Origin: Heptranchias perlo
Taxonomy: Eukaryota
Direction: 5' to 3'
Length of the DNA stretch: 64,000 nucleotides
Assembly: GCF_035084215.1 (NCBI RefSeq)
Contig: NC_090353.1
Span: 16,988,001 to 17,052,000 of the forward strand
Shown here: piece after piece, positions 34,734-61,889 of the stretch
How the letters are laid out: each line of letters begins with the position of its first letter
Position numbering within the stretch: the stretch's first letter is position 1
Position numbers and translations under genes: made by a program
Notes under the pieces: generated by a model
Database searches by the model: none
The model's input: the letters and a program-made list of their open reading frames with translations, nothing else
Told to the model about the DNA's origin: nothing

Positions 34734-34999
34734 GGTGGTTTTACATATTATGAAAGTGATGGGTTTTTTTTAAAAGCATGGTATTTTTGTCTTGTATGAA
34801 CTTCAGAAAGCAAGATGTGATGGTCTGGAACAGACCTCTTCAGGAGGCAGCATGGTTGGTTGTGGGAACATTTTGCAGAAGCTATTTTAAGTTTTTTTTT
34901 TAAAAATCGACACTTTATCCAAAATCCTTCAAAATTTTCAAATCTTGCTTTGCTGTGAACTAAAAGGACATCACTTGAAGTGTTTGTGATGGTACAGTT

Positions 35000-35400
35000 G
35001 TCAGCTGTGGCTCAGTGGTAGCTGTCTTGGAGTCAGAAGGTCATCTGTTCAAGCCCCACTCCAGAGACTTGAGTGCATAATTATTTCAGTGCCATACTGT
35101 CAGCAATGCTGCCTTTCTGATGAGGCGTTAAACTGAGGCCTTGTCTGCCTGCTCGGGTGTGCATAAAAGATCCTATGGTCGTCTTTTTATTTTGGGTGTT
35201 GCCGTGTGCAAATTCAAACAGGTGTTCTCCCAGCATCCTGGCCAACATTTGTTGCTCAACCAACACTATAAAACATTTTATGTGGTCATCTATTTGTGTG
35301 AATGTTGCTGTGTGCTGTGACTGCATTTAGAAGTAATCCATTGACCAGTGCTTTTGGAGTGGCCTGAGCATGTGAAAGGTGCAAAAACATGTAAAATAAA
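35000..35400 (+). mobile_element. DeuSINE (SacSINE1-like)
   Basis: tRNA-like head tggctcagtggtag...gttcaagcccc; Deu-domain-like gatgaggcgttaaactgaggcc...aaaagatcc. Confidence 0.65.
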
Positions 35401-36727
35401 CCTTGAATTGTATTTAGTAAGTTTAAAGATTTTTTTTTTGCATTGAGGGCTTCTTCCAAGCCCTCCTGAGATTTGTCTCCTCATACCACAGATGACATCA
35501 GAAGGTTCTGCATCGACCAGGTTTATTTGTTTGGACTGGAGGTTGAGAGGTGCCTCAATGAAGTTGTTGGTATGATTTTTTTTTAAAAAGTATTTTGACT
35601 TGGAAGAATCAGTGACTCAGAAATGGAATAATATACTGAGAATGTGAAACACAGAAATTCAGTTTGTCTACTTGACCCTTTTTGGGGAAGGGGATCCTGT
35701 CTTGTGTTTGACTTGCTTGGTAGCACTTTGGTGGCTTGAGTGGGATGTTTGGGTTGAAAACTCCGTTCTGGGATTTGAGCACGTAGGTTAGGCTGATAGT
35801 GCAGTACAGAGTGCTTCCATTGTTAAAGTGCCATCCTTCAGAGGGCACATTAAACAGATGCCCCTTCTGTGTATTTCAGTGGTTCAAGTAGACATTAAAG
35901 ATCCCATGGTATTATTTGAGTAGGAGCCTGGTGCTCTGACCTGTTGGCCAATTTTAACCAACAAAAGTAATTTGTTATGCATGAAATGCTCTTGAGGCAT
36001 TTTTTTGAAAGATCTGATCAGGTCTTTTTCACAGTTATATTTGGGTTACTGTGCTGTTGTTCAGCATCACTGGCAACTCCTGTACGCAGACCTCATGCCC
36101 CCTACAATTGAGACTTTTCCATCCCTTATTTAGCTAAATGGTGACTTGACCCAAGGATTGTAACAGAACCCGTGTTCTTAGTGAATGTATCACATGCTGC
36201 ATGTGATTCCACTTTCTTTTGAAAGATGGACTGGATATACACTTAACAATTGAGACGTAGGCTTTGGGCCTGAAGTTTTCTTTTGCAGAATTATGCAGAA
36301 ATTACAGCACAGAAGCAGACCTTTTAGGCACAACTAGTCCATATTGGTGTTTATCCTAATCCCTGTTCCCATATCCCTTTATTTCCCTTTGCTTCAACCT
36401 CCTATCTGTCTGCCTCTTCATAAAATAACTACTTGCTTTCCCAACAGAAGTCTACTTACTATAAACTCTTATCTAGTCTAACTCCCTGGCAAGAGGTGTT
36501 GACTTTACTGCCCATCAATTTCGTATGTTCAGAAGTCTAGCTCACACCAAAAACTCAAGTCAGGCCGAATCTTGCGGTGTGGGCCCTTCATCAGGACTGG
36601 GAAGAGTTTGTACCTGAAATGCCCCTCTGTGTTCTCCACAGATGCTGCCTGAGTGTGCAATATTTTCTGCTTTTGTTTCAGATTTCCAGCATCTGCAGTA
36701 TTTTTCTTTCTTGTTCAGGTCTAGATA

Positions 36728-38482
36728 TTGACTGATTGTAAGAGCTTCTACAAGAATATAAAAAGGAAGAGAGTAGCAAAAGTGAACGTTGGTCCCTTTG
36801 AGGCTGAGACAGGAGAAATTATAATGAAGAATAAGGAAATGGCAGAGATGTTAACCAAATATTTTATATCTGCCTTCACAGTAGAAGACATAGAGCATAC
36901 CAGAAATAGTGGGGAACCAAAGGTAAAATGGGAGTGATGAACTTGAAGTAATTAATATTAGTAGAGGAAAAAAGTACTGGAGAAACTAATGGGACTAAAA
37001 GTTGATAAATCCCCTGGACCTGATGGCCTATGTCCTAGGTTTCTGAGGTGGCTGCAGAGATGGTGGATGCATTGGTTGTGATCGTCCAAAATTCCCTAGA
37101 TTCCAGAACCGTCCTAGTGGATTGGAAAGTAGAAAATGCTATTCAAGAAAGGAGGGAGAGAGAAAACGAGCAACTACAGGCCAGTTTGCCTGACATCAGT
37201 CGTCTGGAAAATGCTGGAATCAATTATTAAGGATATGACAACAGGGCACTTAGAAAATCATATGATTAGGCAGAGTCAACATGCTTTATGAAAGGGAAAT
37301 TGTGTTTGACAAATCTATTAAGTTTTTTGAGGATGTAAGTAGCAGGGTAGATGAAGGGCACAAAACAAATCTTTGGATTTTCAAAAAGCTTTTGATAAAG
37401 TGCTATATGAAAGGTTACACTGGATGTGGGGTTGGGGGTAACATTAGCATGGATAGAGGATTGGTTAACGGACAGAAAACAGTAGGGATAAACGGGTCAT
37501 TTTCAGGTTGGCAGGCTGTAACTGGTGGAGTGCCACAAGGATCAGTGCTTGGACCTCAGCTATTTACAATCTATATTAATGGCTCAGATGAAGGGACCGC
37601 GTGTAATGTATTCAAGTTTGTTGATACAAAGCTAGGTGGAAAAGTAAGCTGTGAGGAGGACACGAGTCTGCAAAGGGATATGGACAGGTTAAGTGATTAA
37701 GAAGGTGGCAGATGGAGTATAATGTGGGGAAATATGAGGTTATTCAATTTGGTAGGAAGAATAGAAAAACAGAACATTTTTTTAAATGGTGAGATTATTA
37801 TATGTTCAGAGAGATTTGGTTGTCCTTGCACAAGAAACACAAAGTTAGCATGCAGGTACAACAAGCAATTAGGAAGGCAAATGGTGTGTTGGCCTTTATT
37901 GCAAGGGGGTTGGAACATGAGAGTAAGGAGGACTTGCTGCAATTGTACAGGGAGTTGGTGAGACCTCACCTGGAGTACTGTGTACAGTTTTGGTCTCCTT
38001 ATCTAAAGAAAGATATACTTGCCTTAGAGACGGTGCAACGAATGTTCACTTGATTTGATTCCTGGGATGAGAGGGTTATCCTATGAGGAGAGGTTGAGTA
38101 GAATGGGCCTATGCTGTCTGGAGTTTAGAAGAATGAGAGGTGATCTCATTGAAACATACAAGATTCTGAGGGGGCTTGACAGGATAGATGCTGAGAGCTT
38201 GTTTCCACTGGCTGGAGAGTCTCAGAGCTAGGGGGCATAGTCGCAGGATAAGGGGTCGGCCATTTAAGACTCAGATGAAGAGAAATTTCTTCACTGAGTG
38301 TTGTGAATCTGGAATTCTCTACGCCAGAGGGCCCTCGATGCTGAGTTGTTGGATAGATTTCTGGAATATGGGGATTGGGCGGGAATGTGGAGTTGAGGTT
38401 GAAGATCAGCCATGATCTTATTGAATGGCGGAGCAGACTTGAGAGGCAGAATGGCCTACTCCTGCTCCTATTTATGTTCTTA
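36728..38482 (+). mobile_element. CR1 LINE, 5'-truncated and decayed
   Basis: KSFYKNIKRKR, GVPQGSVLGPQLF, LVRPHLEYCVQFWSP; tail tttatgttcttatg. Confidence 0.9.
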
Positions 38483-40653
38483 TGGAGTCCTTTAGTGGGG
38501 AATGGAACCTTGTAGCCTTTTGGTGTGGGCAAATAGCCAGAATGATGCGTCAAGCAGCAGGGTGTCTCAAAGTGTCTCTGAGAAACAAACAAGGTTCGTA
38601 ATCCTTGATTCCTCCATTTGATTTATCAGTGATAACTGGAACTGAATATCTAGCATCTAACCTGTATTAACGGGACAACACTTTTGTGATGCATATTAAT
38701 TGATCTTTGCGGTAATGTGTATTTTCTATGCAATGCAAAGGTAGCTCACAGAAAACCACAATTAACCCATTGTAAGCTTTTTCTAGGAATAGAACTGATA
38801 AATTAGGGAGGAAAAAGGACATAAAAAGTACATTTTTCTCACTCACCTGACAGCTGCACTTTTCCTGCATGGCTCATTAAATAATGAAGAGGGTGAGTGC
38901 TGGCTGAATTTTTTTCCTCCTAACCTAGGGGCACTGAAACCAGTTGTAGTGTCCCTGTTCACTGAGATCAGCGACCTCAGCGCAGACTTGGCTTGTATGT
39001 CTCTTCGATATCATTAAGTGGAGCACTAATTTGTAGACTGCAAGGCCTACTGCCAGTTCTTTTCACAATGTAGTCCTTTGTAGCTGTCCTGTGTTTATTT
39101 TTGCTTTGGGACTGATATTAACATTTAGCATATAATTGTGGCCGAGGATGGTTAGTAGATGAAAATATTGGGAGTTGAAAATTCAGTAGGTTGGGAGAGG
39201 GTAGGGTAGTGGTGAAAACAACCTTTGGTGAGTGGAATGGCTTGTGTCCTTGTATCAAATATTTAATTGTTTCATTTGAGATAAAATGTAAAACAACTAC
39301 AACTAACTGCAAATGACCAATTAAATGCATCTTGTAGCTGTGGCAGACACCACTGGGAGACCTCGTTACATGATTAAGCAATAAGTGCAGGAATCTGAGT
39401 TTACAAGGAATTCAACAGTTCCCATATGCTAAATAAACACAAAGGTCACAGCCATGCTCAGTGCTGGAGTATTTGATTTTTTGGGTAAGCTTGGGATTAG
39501 CAACCTGACTGCAATAATACATGTTAAGAGATTACAAATTAAACTTAATGTAGCTCATTTAAAATCAGGTATGAGGTATTATAGGTTGGGGACGGGGAGG
39601 GAGAAAATTAATGTTTTGTAATGCTTATAACACTTGGTGCCCAAAATAAAATTAAAAAAATAAAATTTAGCTTATTGGTCCTGGGTGAGAAGGGGATGTG
39701 ACTTCTGTTTGTATCTTGCACAACTATCTTTATTTTCCCTCTTGAAGTACCGGGTGCAGTTCTATTGCAACTTCGCTGTTCTTTGAACATATGTCTCTTG
39801 CGATTTATATACAGGGCTATGTAGAAAATATGTACTCCTGCATGTCACAATCACTGCCTGCTTTTATTATCTTCCATTATCTTCTATAACTATTATTGCT
39901 GAAATAAAACATTCTTTAATCTGATCATCCAAATAAATAATAGTTTACAACTTGATTTTATTAGTTTCCTTCAATTGGACTAACTTGTTTCAGCCAGTGA
40001 TGGTTCGCTTCTTAACCAACTGCTAACCTAATTACTCCAATCGGGTATTCAACATCCGTCTTAACTGAACAGGAATCACATGACATTGGAAGGGACGACA
40101 GAGCTCACTGGATAAACTCAGTTGAGTGGCTGAGCCATTCAGAACAGGAAGGTTCCTGAGTCCATCATTGGGCTGTACTGAGTTCGCTTGATCTCGGCAA
40201 GTAGGGAAATGGCAGTCATTGCGACTGAAAAAAGCAAATTTGAGGGCGAGGAGGAAAAGACTTGAAGGCAAGGTTGAATAGAACGGTTTTTAGGAGGTAT
40301 TTGAAAGCTTGACTGGGGATGGTGATCAGGTGGTTTTGGGAGAGATCGGGGGCAGTGGTTGAAGGATCAGCCTTTGATGGGGTTCAGAAGGCTATGGAGA
40401 ACAAATGGGAGTTTAGAAGTCAGATGAGTGGCGAAGATTGTCTAAACAAGGTGGATTGAGGATAAGCATCTTCAAGTTAATTCATGGGGCATATGGAAGT
40501 TGGAATGGATAATGGGAACTAGTATAGAAGAAGGCATAGCTGTGGGCGACCAGTGTATGGGAGAGGGCACAGGCTCTGAAGTTCTAGGTTCTAAAGTTTG
40601 TAAGGGTGGAGACTAGGGTGAGGAAGAGTTTGAAAAGTAAAAGTGATAAATGT

Positions 40654-43600
40654 AGTTGAGAGCAGCAAGAGAGGGGAAGACCCAGGGGAAATCTACAATA
40701 CAAATAGTACCAACAGTTGTTCAAGAACAAGTGAAAGGGAAAAGCGTAGAGCAGCGGAAAGAAAGTGTACTTTAGGCACGACAGATAAAATAAAAACTAG
40801 AAGGCGTAAGGCGATTAACCCAGCATCAAAGCTGTGGCAGGGGGTTGGGAACCTGAGCAGGGAGACAGAGGAAAGCGTGTCAGGAAGGGACAGAAGGTAT
40901 GGAGTAAAAGGTAAAGTGTTAAAAAAGGAAAAAGCAGGAACTAAGTGTCACAAAACATATTTGAAAGTTCTTTATCTGAATGCACGTAGCATTCGTAACA
41001 AAATGGACGAGTTAACGGCACAAATAACTACGTATGGGTATGATCTTGAGGCCATTACAGAAACATGGCTGCAGGGTGACAACGACTGGGAATTAAATAT
41101 GCCAGGGTATTTAACAATCAGGAAGGACAGGCAGGAAGGAAGGGGAGGTGGGATGGCTATGTTAATAAAGGAAGGAATCACTGTAATACTGAGAAATGAT
41201 ATTGGGACAAAGGATCAGGATAATGAAACAGTTTGGGTAGAGATAAGGAATAATAAGGGGAAAAAACACTAGTGGGCGTAGTATATAGGCCTCCTAATAG
41301 TTGCAACTCTGCTGGAAGAAGTATTAATCAGGAAATAGTCAGGGCATGTAATAAGGGAACAGCTATAATTATGGGGGATTTTAACTATCATATTAACTGG
41401 ACAAATCAAATTGGGCAGGGCATCCTTGAGGAAGAGTTTATTGAGTGTATTAGGGATGGATTTCTTGAGCAGTATGTAACTGATCCTACAAGGGGGCAAG
41501 CAACCTTGGACCTGGTCCTGTGTAATGAGCCAGGATTAATTAATAATGTCCTAGTTAAGGATCCCCTTGGAATGAGTGACCATAACATGGTTACATTCCA
41601 TATCCAATTAGAGGGCGAGAAGGTTGGTTCTCAAACAAGCGTACTGAGCTTGAATAAAGGAGACGATGATGGTATGAGAGCGGAATTGATTAAAGTGGAC
41701 TGGGAAAATAGATTAAAGGGTAAGACGGTACATGAGCAGTGGTGTTCATTTAAGGAGTTATTTTACAACTTTCAAAAAATATATATTCCACTGAGGAAAA
41801 AAGGGTGTAAAAGAAATGACAGCCATCCGTGGCTAAGTAAAGAAATTAAGGATAATGTCTGACTAAAAACAAGGACATATAAGGTAGCCAAACTTAGTGG
41901 GAGGATAGAAGATTGGGAAGTCTTCAAAAGACAGCAAAAAGTAACGAAAGGATTGATTAAGAAAGGGAAGATAGATTATGAAAATAAATTAGCAAAAAAT
42001 ACAAAAACAGATAGCAAGAGTTTCTATAGTTATATAAAAAGAAAAAGGGTGGCTAAGGCAAACGTAGGTCCCTTAGAGGATGAGACCGGGAAATTAATGG
42101 TGGGAAACATGGAGATGGCAAAAATGCTGAACAAATATTTTGTTTCAGTCTTTACGGTAGAGGACACTAAGAATATCCCAACACTAGACAAATAGGGGGC
42201 TCTAGGGGGGAGGAGCTAAACACGATTAAAATTACTAAGGAATTGGTACTCAGTAAATTAATGGGACTCAAGGCGGATAAATCCCCTGGACCTGATGGCT
42301 TCCATCCTAGGGTCTTGAGGGAAGTGGCAGTAGGGATTGTGGATGCTTTGGTAATAATTTTCCAAAATTCTCTGGACTCGGCAAAGGTCCCGGCAGATTG
42401 GAAAACTGCTAATGTAACACCCTTATTTAAAAAGGGTAGTAGGCAGAAGGCTGGAAATTGTAGGCCAGTTAGCCTAACATCTGTGGTGGGTAAAATTTTG
42501 GAGTCTATTATTAAGGAGACAGTAGCGGAACATTTAGATAAACATAATTTAATAGGACAAAGTCAGCATGGCTTTATGAAGGGGAAGTCATATCTGACAA
42601 ATTTGCTTGAGTTCTTTGAGGACATAACGTACAGGGTGGATAAAGGGGAACCAGTGGACGTAGTGTATTTAGACTTCCAGAAGGCATTCGACAAGGTGCC
42701 ACATAAAAGATTATTGCTCAAGATAAAGAATCACTGGATTGGGGGTAATATTCTGGCATGGGTGGAGGATTGGTTATCTAACAGGAAGCAGAGAGTTGGG
42801 CTAAATGGTTCAATCTCGGACTGGCAACCAGTAGCCAGTGGTGTTCCGCAGGGGTCGGTGCTGGGTCCCCAACTCTTTACAATCTATATTAACGATTTGG
42901 AGGAGGGGACCGAGTGTAACATATCAAAGTTTGCAGATGATACAAAGATGGGAGGGAAAGTGGAGAGTGAGGAGGACATAAAAAACCTACAAGGGGATAT
43001 AGACAGGCTGGGTGAGTGGGTGGAGATTTGGCAGATGCAATACAATATTGGAAAATGTGAGGTTATGCACTTTGGCAGGAAAAATCAGAGAGCAAGTTAT
43101 TATCTTAATGGCGAGAAACTGGAAAGTACTGCAGTACAAAGGGATCTGGGGGTCTTAGTGCAAGAAAATCAAAAAGTTAGTATGCAGGTGCAGCAGGTGA
43201 TCAAGAAGGCCAACGGAATGTTGGCTTTTATTGCTAGGGGGATAGAATATAAAAACAGGGAGGTATTGCTGCAGTTATATAAGGTATTGGTGAGACCGCA
43301 CCTGGAATACTGTATACAGTTTTGGTGTCCATACTTAAGAAAAGACATACTTGCTCTCGAGGCAGTACAAAGAAGGTTCACTCGGTTAATCCCGGGGATG
43401 AGGGGGCGGACATATGAGGAGAGGTTGAGTAGATTGGGACTCTACTCATTGGAGTTCAGAAGAATGAGAGGCGATTTTATTGAAACATATAAGATTGTGA
43501 AGAGGCTTGATCGGGTGGATGCGGTAAGGATGTTCCCAAGGATGGGTGAAACTAGAACTAGGGGGCATAATTTTAGAATAAGGGGCTGCTCTTTCAAAAC

Positions 43601-43878
43601 TGAGATGAGGAGAAACTTCTTCACTCAGAGGGTAGTAGGTCTGTGGAATTTGCTGCCCCAGGAAGCTGTGGAAGCTACATCATTAAATAAATTTAAAACT
43701 GAAATAGACAGTTTCCTAGAAGTAAAGGGGATTAGGGGTTACGGGGAGCGGGCAGGAAATTGGACATGAATTTAGATTTGAGGTTAGGATCAGATCAGCC
43801 ATGATCTTATTGAATGGCGGAGCAGGCTCGAAGGGCCGATTGGCCTACTCCTGCTCCTATTTCTTATGTTCTTATATG
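40654..43878 (+). mobile_element. Young CR1 LINE with nearly complete ORF2 (APE + RT), few disabling lesions
   Basis: LYLNARSIRNK, AITETWL, YRPP, MGDFN, LDLVL, SDH (APE); 508-aa RT ORF 42243-43769 with KFADD; tail ttcttatgttcttat. Confidence 0.95.
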
Positions 43879-45479
43879 TATGGATAAACGTTTCAGTGAT
43901 CAGGGAGAAGTAGGGACTTGGGTGAGCAATATTGCAGAGGTGGAAGAAAGCATTTTTTGTGAAAGGATTTTTGGTAGAAAGCTCAATCATTGGGCTGTGC
44001 TGAGAAGTTTAACAGAGAGAAGCTGCAGAACGTAGAGGAGTTGATAGTGGAGTCCAGGGATGAGCCAAGACGAGTGGAGGGAAAAAGGGTAGAGGGCAAG
44101 GCAGCTGTGCATATGGTCTTGATTTTGGATGTGGAGAAATAAATTAGTTTCCACCACTTAGTGTCAGAGGTGAGGATTGAGTACGCGAGAACCAGTGAAG
44201 ATGGTTGTTCTTGCTCTCCAGGAGAAATGATGCTGCAAGGTTGTGTGAAGAATTTTCAATATTGGTTTTTAAATTTACCCCTCATTAGTTTGAAGCTGTG
44301 CCCCCTTGTCCTGTTATGGAACTAAAATAATTGTTAAAGTCAGTAATTGCAGAAACTAAAGAACGTAGCAGCAGATTGGTAAGGAATATCACAAGCAATT
44401 CTTTCAGCCAGCAAATACCATTGTGTAATGTCTCAAATATGCAGATCTCGGTACTGTTTACATCGAACAAGGCACTTGCCTAACGCCAGGTTTACATTGC
44501 AAGCATCTGCTTCTCCGTAAAGTTTTACAGCAGGACCAGATTCCTCTTGTAATCCTGGTCACCATTACATAACATTTCTGTCTAATATAATTTGTTACAT
44601 ATTAACATATGTTTCTGTTTATACTTTTCACAGCATCGATAATTTTTGTTTTCCATATGTGGGAGGGGGGAAATTGATGGCCATTTCTTATGCTGCAGAG
44701 CCAACCATTTTCAAAATAGTTCACTCTTCATTCGACTGCAAAATATTTCTGTGTTTGAACTATATAGTTACTTGAGATTTTATTTGTAGTTTTTAAGAAA
44801 AAAAACTAATCGTGCATAAACTGGAAAATTCATGGTGGTTACGGCTGCTTTTGAGCCAGCAGCCAGTTTATGCACACTTCCTGCAGACTGTGGAATAGAT
44901 TTGGTTGAGCTAGTCAAACAAATATTTAAATTGTTACCAGATTTTATGAAGGCAATTGCCATGAATGTTAGGATGTTTAAACGGTGAATGCAAGTCCAGG
45001 GAGGGTTCTGTTGACCCTCTGAGATGGGTGAGACCACACTTGAAACAGATGTATTGGAATAGATTCAAACATTGTTGGCCTGAGATGTTTTAGGAACCTA
45101 TTAGAGTTGTGTTTAGGTTCCTTGTGCTTTCTACCCCCCCCACCACCCCGCCAACCATCAACAAATTCCTTTATAGAGCTCCTCCCATGCAGGAGGAGCT
45201 AAGCCACGCAGCCAAGGAAGGTCTTTGACTTGTTCCCTGGTTTGTGCCAAGTTCACTGATTTCAGCCAGGACAGCAGTAGGTGTTCTACAATTATCCCCA
45301 ACGCTCCCGAACAGGGGAAAGAAAATTCACAGTTTCCTTGCTGGAAAGTGCATTTGAGGTCATTGGATAAGGATAGGATAGGATTTGGTGATGATGTTGC
45401 CTTCAGTACACTAGCCTGCTCACGCTGTCAAAACACGAGTACCAGTAGGTGTCAAAATCTTTGAGGGGGGACAGGGCCG

Positions 45480-47560
45480 TGGCAAGATTGGCAAAACAAA
45501 AAATTCCTATACGGCTGTGGCTTTTTCTCCATCTACAAGCCCCATCCATCTGGCTTCACGTTCTTATCATTCCCCCTCCCAAAACCACACATTAGCAACT
45601 TGGCTTTTATCTTGCGATCTCAACATGGCTTATCTCCTATTCCTACAGCTCCTCCATGTTCGAACAGCTCACATTCTACTACCCCACTATCGTCTAATGC
45701 CGCATAAAGCAACTTCCTCACCAAAATGTCCTCCTCCCTTTCCGATCTCAGCATCTGAATTGAGCAACTCCTACTCAGTGAACTTAATCCCCAACTCCAA
45801 TGCCTTCCTCACCCTGCTTGTCTCCCTCAACCGAATACCCCACTCACATATGTTGCGTCCTCACTGTCACATCACATGTAGCCTCGATCCCTCTAGGGTC
45901 TCTTATCACTGACTGGACTCTCTCCACCCACTTCATCTCCATTCATCTATTTCTCTGCCTACCTCACATTCCTTCAGTTTCTGGCTCCAGAAAAAAATAC
46001 TCCCAACTCACTTACAAGTGCCCTCTGTAATTTCAATATCTCATTCCTCTGGCTTGTAACCTGTGATAGTATCAACACCTCGGTCAATCTCCTATAACTG
46101 TCTCACCTCTACCTTTTAATGTTGTCGTTTTCCCCAATCCCAGTGTCCCACTCCACCCTCAAAGCCATAGGCTTACAACTTGAACACCTTTGGCAATCGA
46201 CAAGCCTGGTTGTCTCTTGAACTCCAGACAATTCCAAACTTTTCTTCACAAGCTGCTGCCTCATATTTCATCCTCAGATTCAAAATGCAAGGAACTCAGA
46301 CTTTTTAATCCAAAAATTGAGGTGGTGTGCATTGCTGCTACAGTCTCCACCTCTCAGCACTCATTTCTTCCAATTAAGTCTTCTATTTCCCACTCATCTT
46401 GAGCACAAAGCCTACTACCTACTCATCCCAGCTTCACCTCTCCAATCCAACATTGTTGATGTGAATCCATTAAGTGGGTAATCACATCTGCAGCCCCTCT
46501 ATTTCTCTCCAACTATCTTTGACCCTCTCTTTTAAAGTCCTGCACTGTATAGTTTGCCTTGTTTGAGACCCTCCAATCTGGTTTCCACCCACAGTACTCA
46601 ATTGATCAAAGTAACGATATCCTGTGCGACAATGATCATAGGTCTCTTATCTCGCTTCCTTCTCCTTGACTGGTCCATCACCTCACTGTTCTTTTCTAAT
46701 GACTGCTCTCTTCTTATTTTGTTGGTGCAACAACTTTTCTTCTGTTCACATGGTTGCCTCTGGTATACCGCAAGGCTCCAGCTTTGGTCCCCTCCTTACC
46801 ACCATTTAAATGCTATCCATTTGCAATTTCATCCTGAAACAAAGGGTCTGCTTCCACCTGTATGGTGACAACACCCAACTCTATTTCTTTGCCTCCATTA
46901 AGCAGTTTGCTTGAGCTCTACTTGTCTGTCCAACATCAACCTGCATAAGCTTAAATTTTATTCAGTTTGTCAGCAAAACCAAAGGCTTCCTTTTTGACTC
47001 CTGCATCCCTCTCACCTTGATTCCATTAAACTCGCCAGCTGCTACCTCAAGATGAGTCAGATTAATTTGTTCATTGTTGAGCTCAGCTTTCTCTCCCAAA
47101 TCCCAGTCTGTCATTGAGACTGCTTTCTTCCTGCCACAGTACCTTCCATAATCTTAGCCTGTGCCTTCAGCGCCTTGACTGCCCACTTTCCTAGCTGACT
47201 TTTACTCTCCATAAGTTACAACTCATCCTCAAAACATCACAATCTAGATCCCTGTCCTAATCAAGCCCCATAGGATCAAAACCTAGCAAGTGCCTTCAAA
47301 ATATTCATCTAGTACAAATTGTTCTATGGCCTCAACTCACCCTTCCTTGGCACTCTATTTCAGCCTTGTATCCTCACACACCCTGTACTCTAACTCTTCC
47401 TTGTACCCCTACTCTTTGCTGGTGGCTTTTCCATCAGCCACTAAACTCCTAACCTTTAGAATTCCCTGCTTCATTGGGTCACCTCCCTCTGCTTTTTTAA
47501 AAAAAAAATCCCCACATTTTAAGTACACTTTTTTTTTTAAAAAGGCAATTTTTCCTTGGG
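45480..47560 (+). mobile_element. Old L2-like LINE remnant
   Basis: C/T-rich; degenerate YADDTQLY (tatggtgacaacacccaactcta, 46861); ccctccaatctggtttcc motif shared with the 21350-22790 L2. Confidence 0.6.
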
Positions 47561-49567
47561 CTTTGTTGTAGGTTTTCTTCCCTTTTATTTAAGGGGAACA
47601 GAAACAATGTGGAAGATTAGACAACTATAGAAAGCAGGCATCTAGAACGAATTAAAATCCCATATCCCCTGCAACAAAGTAACCTACTTGTTTTAAATAA
47701 TCTCAATTTGAAGAAAGTTTCATTCACTTACAGGATTCAAACCAAAGGGCAGAATCCATGAACCTAAATGTGGCAAATGGAAAGCCAGAAATTTCAGAAC
47801 AGCAGATGTTGGAACCTGATCCCTCATCAGGCTGTTTTGCTGCATCAGTTTATGTATTGTTCTATGTCACCACCTCACACTGAACAGCCTGAAAAATCAA
47901 TTGTTGTGTCCATAGTGACAGCAAGTTCACAGTAGGCTATGTACAGACATGCTGCAGATTTCTACATCTACAGCACTTTGCTGTGCAAAAAGTGTCTGTC
48001 TCTTGTATTTGCATACCAAAGTCACTGCATCTCAAAGTAATTTACCATATGGAAAGTGCTTTGAGGTAGTAGCGATAAAAATGCTTTTTAAATGCAATTC
48101 TTCTGACCAGAAGTTCAAAGGTGAATTGGGGTTAAGCCTTTTGCTTGAGAGAACTTCAACACAGTTTTTAGCAGTGAGCACACAATCCCAGTAGCATCCA
48201 TAACAAATGGGCTATAACAGTTGTGCCATTAAGTGTTCATTTTTTAAAATTTAGTCTGTTAAAGTGGCACATCACCAGCAACAGAAGGACTCACACAGAA
48301 AAAGAGGTTTGGCAACATGTTTATCCACCATACATAATAACCATGCACAATCAAGTGACAATACATATTTACAAAATGGATTGCACTTAATGGAATACAG
48401 GAGCCATCAGTGACAAGGAAGTAACAGACAACATGCTCCAAATTATTTTAACGGAGCCATTGTGTCAGTCACAGGCAAAACATCAATTTTTTTTTGCAGG
48501 TGGGGTGAAGAGAAGGAATTGGGATGGATATCAATACATTTCTTGATTAACAATCCAGTGATGCCTTCAAACAGCTGTTTGGAAACACCACCGACCATTT
48601 TAAACAGTAAGCAATAGGTAGTCCCTTTGTGAAACTCTCCAGTCCAGAGACAGGCAATGAGATTCCAAACCTAAGCGGTTGGCTTGGGTTTGCTGTGCTC
48701 GTTCCAGTTTTTTTTTGAAGACAGAATCTGAATAAAGCTATCTGTAAGAAAAATGCACATGATTTAAAAAATCTGCCTGAATCCAACTGGAAAACTGCCC
48801 TTTCTTCCTGACGAGGTACGTATTCTCTTTCAACCACAATGTCAACAGTTTTTTTCCCCCCCCAATGACCAGGTAAACTGAAGGTGGTATCGCTGACTCA
48901 AATTTTTAGTGTGGATATTTACATGCTTCAGGAATGTGTCAGCTTTTAATGCACTAAGCTACTAACTAGTCAATGCAAAGCAGCACTGCAGGTTCTGTAT
49001 CTACATTAATATGCAGCAAATAGGCTACAATTAAATAGTTTATAATTAATAGATCTCTATCAGTAGCTGGAAGGAAAGGGAAAAATATGGTTTTCCTTTG
49101 AAAAGACTCCAAAGCGCAAGATATAAATACTTTTATATGACAGGATATAAAGGCCTCAGTAGCATTATAAAAGGGAAATGTTCCACAGTTCATGTCAGGA
49201 TCTTGATCTTTTCAGACAGGAACCCTCTGACAGAAGCATAAATATGCACATAAGCTCAAACTCACTGTTGAAAGATGTAGAAGGGGTATGTGTTTCTTTG
49301 TCTTTTAAAAAAAAGTTATGTACATAAAATATTGCTTGACTCAAGTCTTGAATGTGTTCATAATTACAGGCAAAGGAGGAAGAGGAGAGACGCACATGCA
49401 ACGTAGTCACATTAAAAGGGATATCCCATATGCAAAAAGGAATGTCAGCTCTACTGTTACAAGTCATTAGAAAGGATTTCATTAATCACAAGACACTGGA
49501 CAGAAGCATTCACAACACACTACAATGCACAGGCAAGAGTAGGGATTAGAGTAGCAGCTGAAGCAGG

Positions 49568-61887
<12,320 letters not shown>

Positions 61888-61889
61888 TT

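Noticed and set aside
35000-35070. tRNA gene
   Set aside because: A/B-box-like head continues into a SINE body; no intact cloverleaf.
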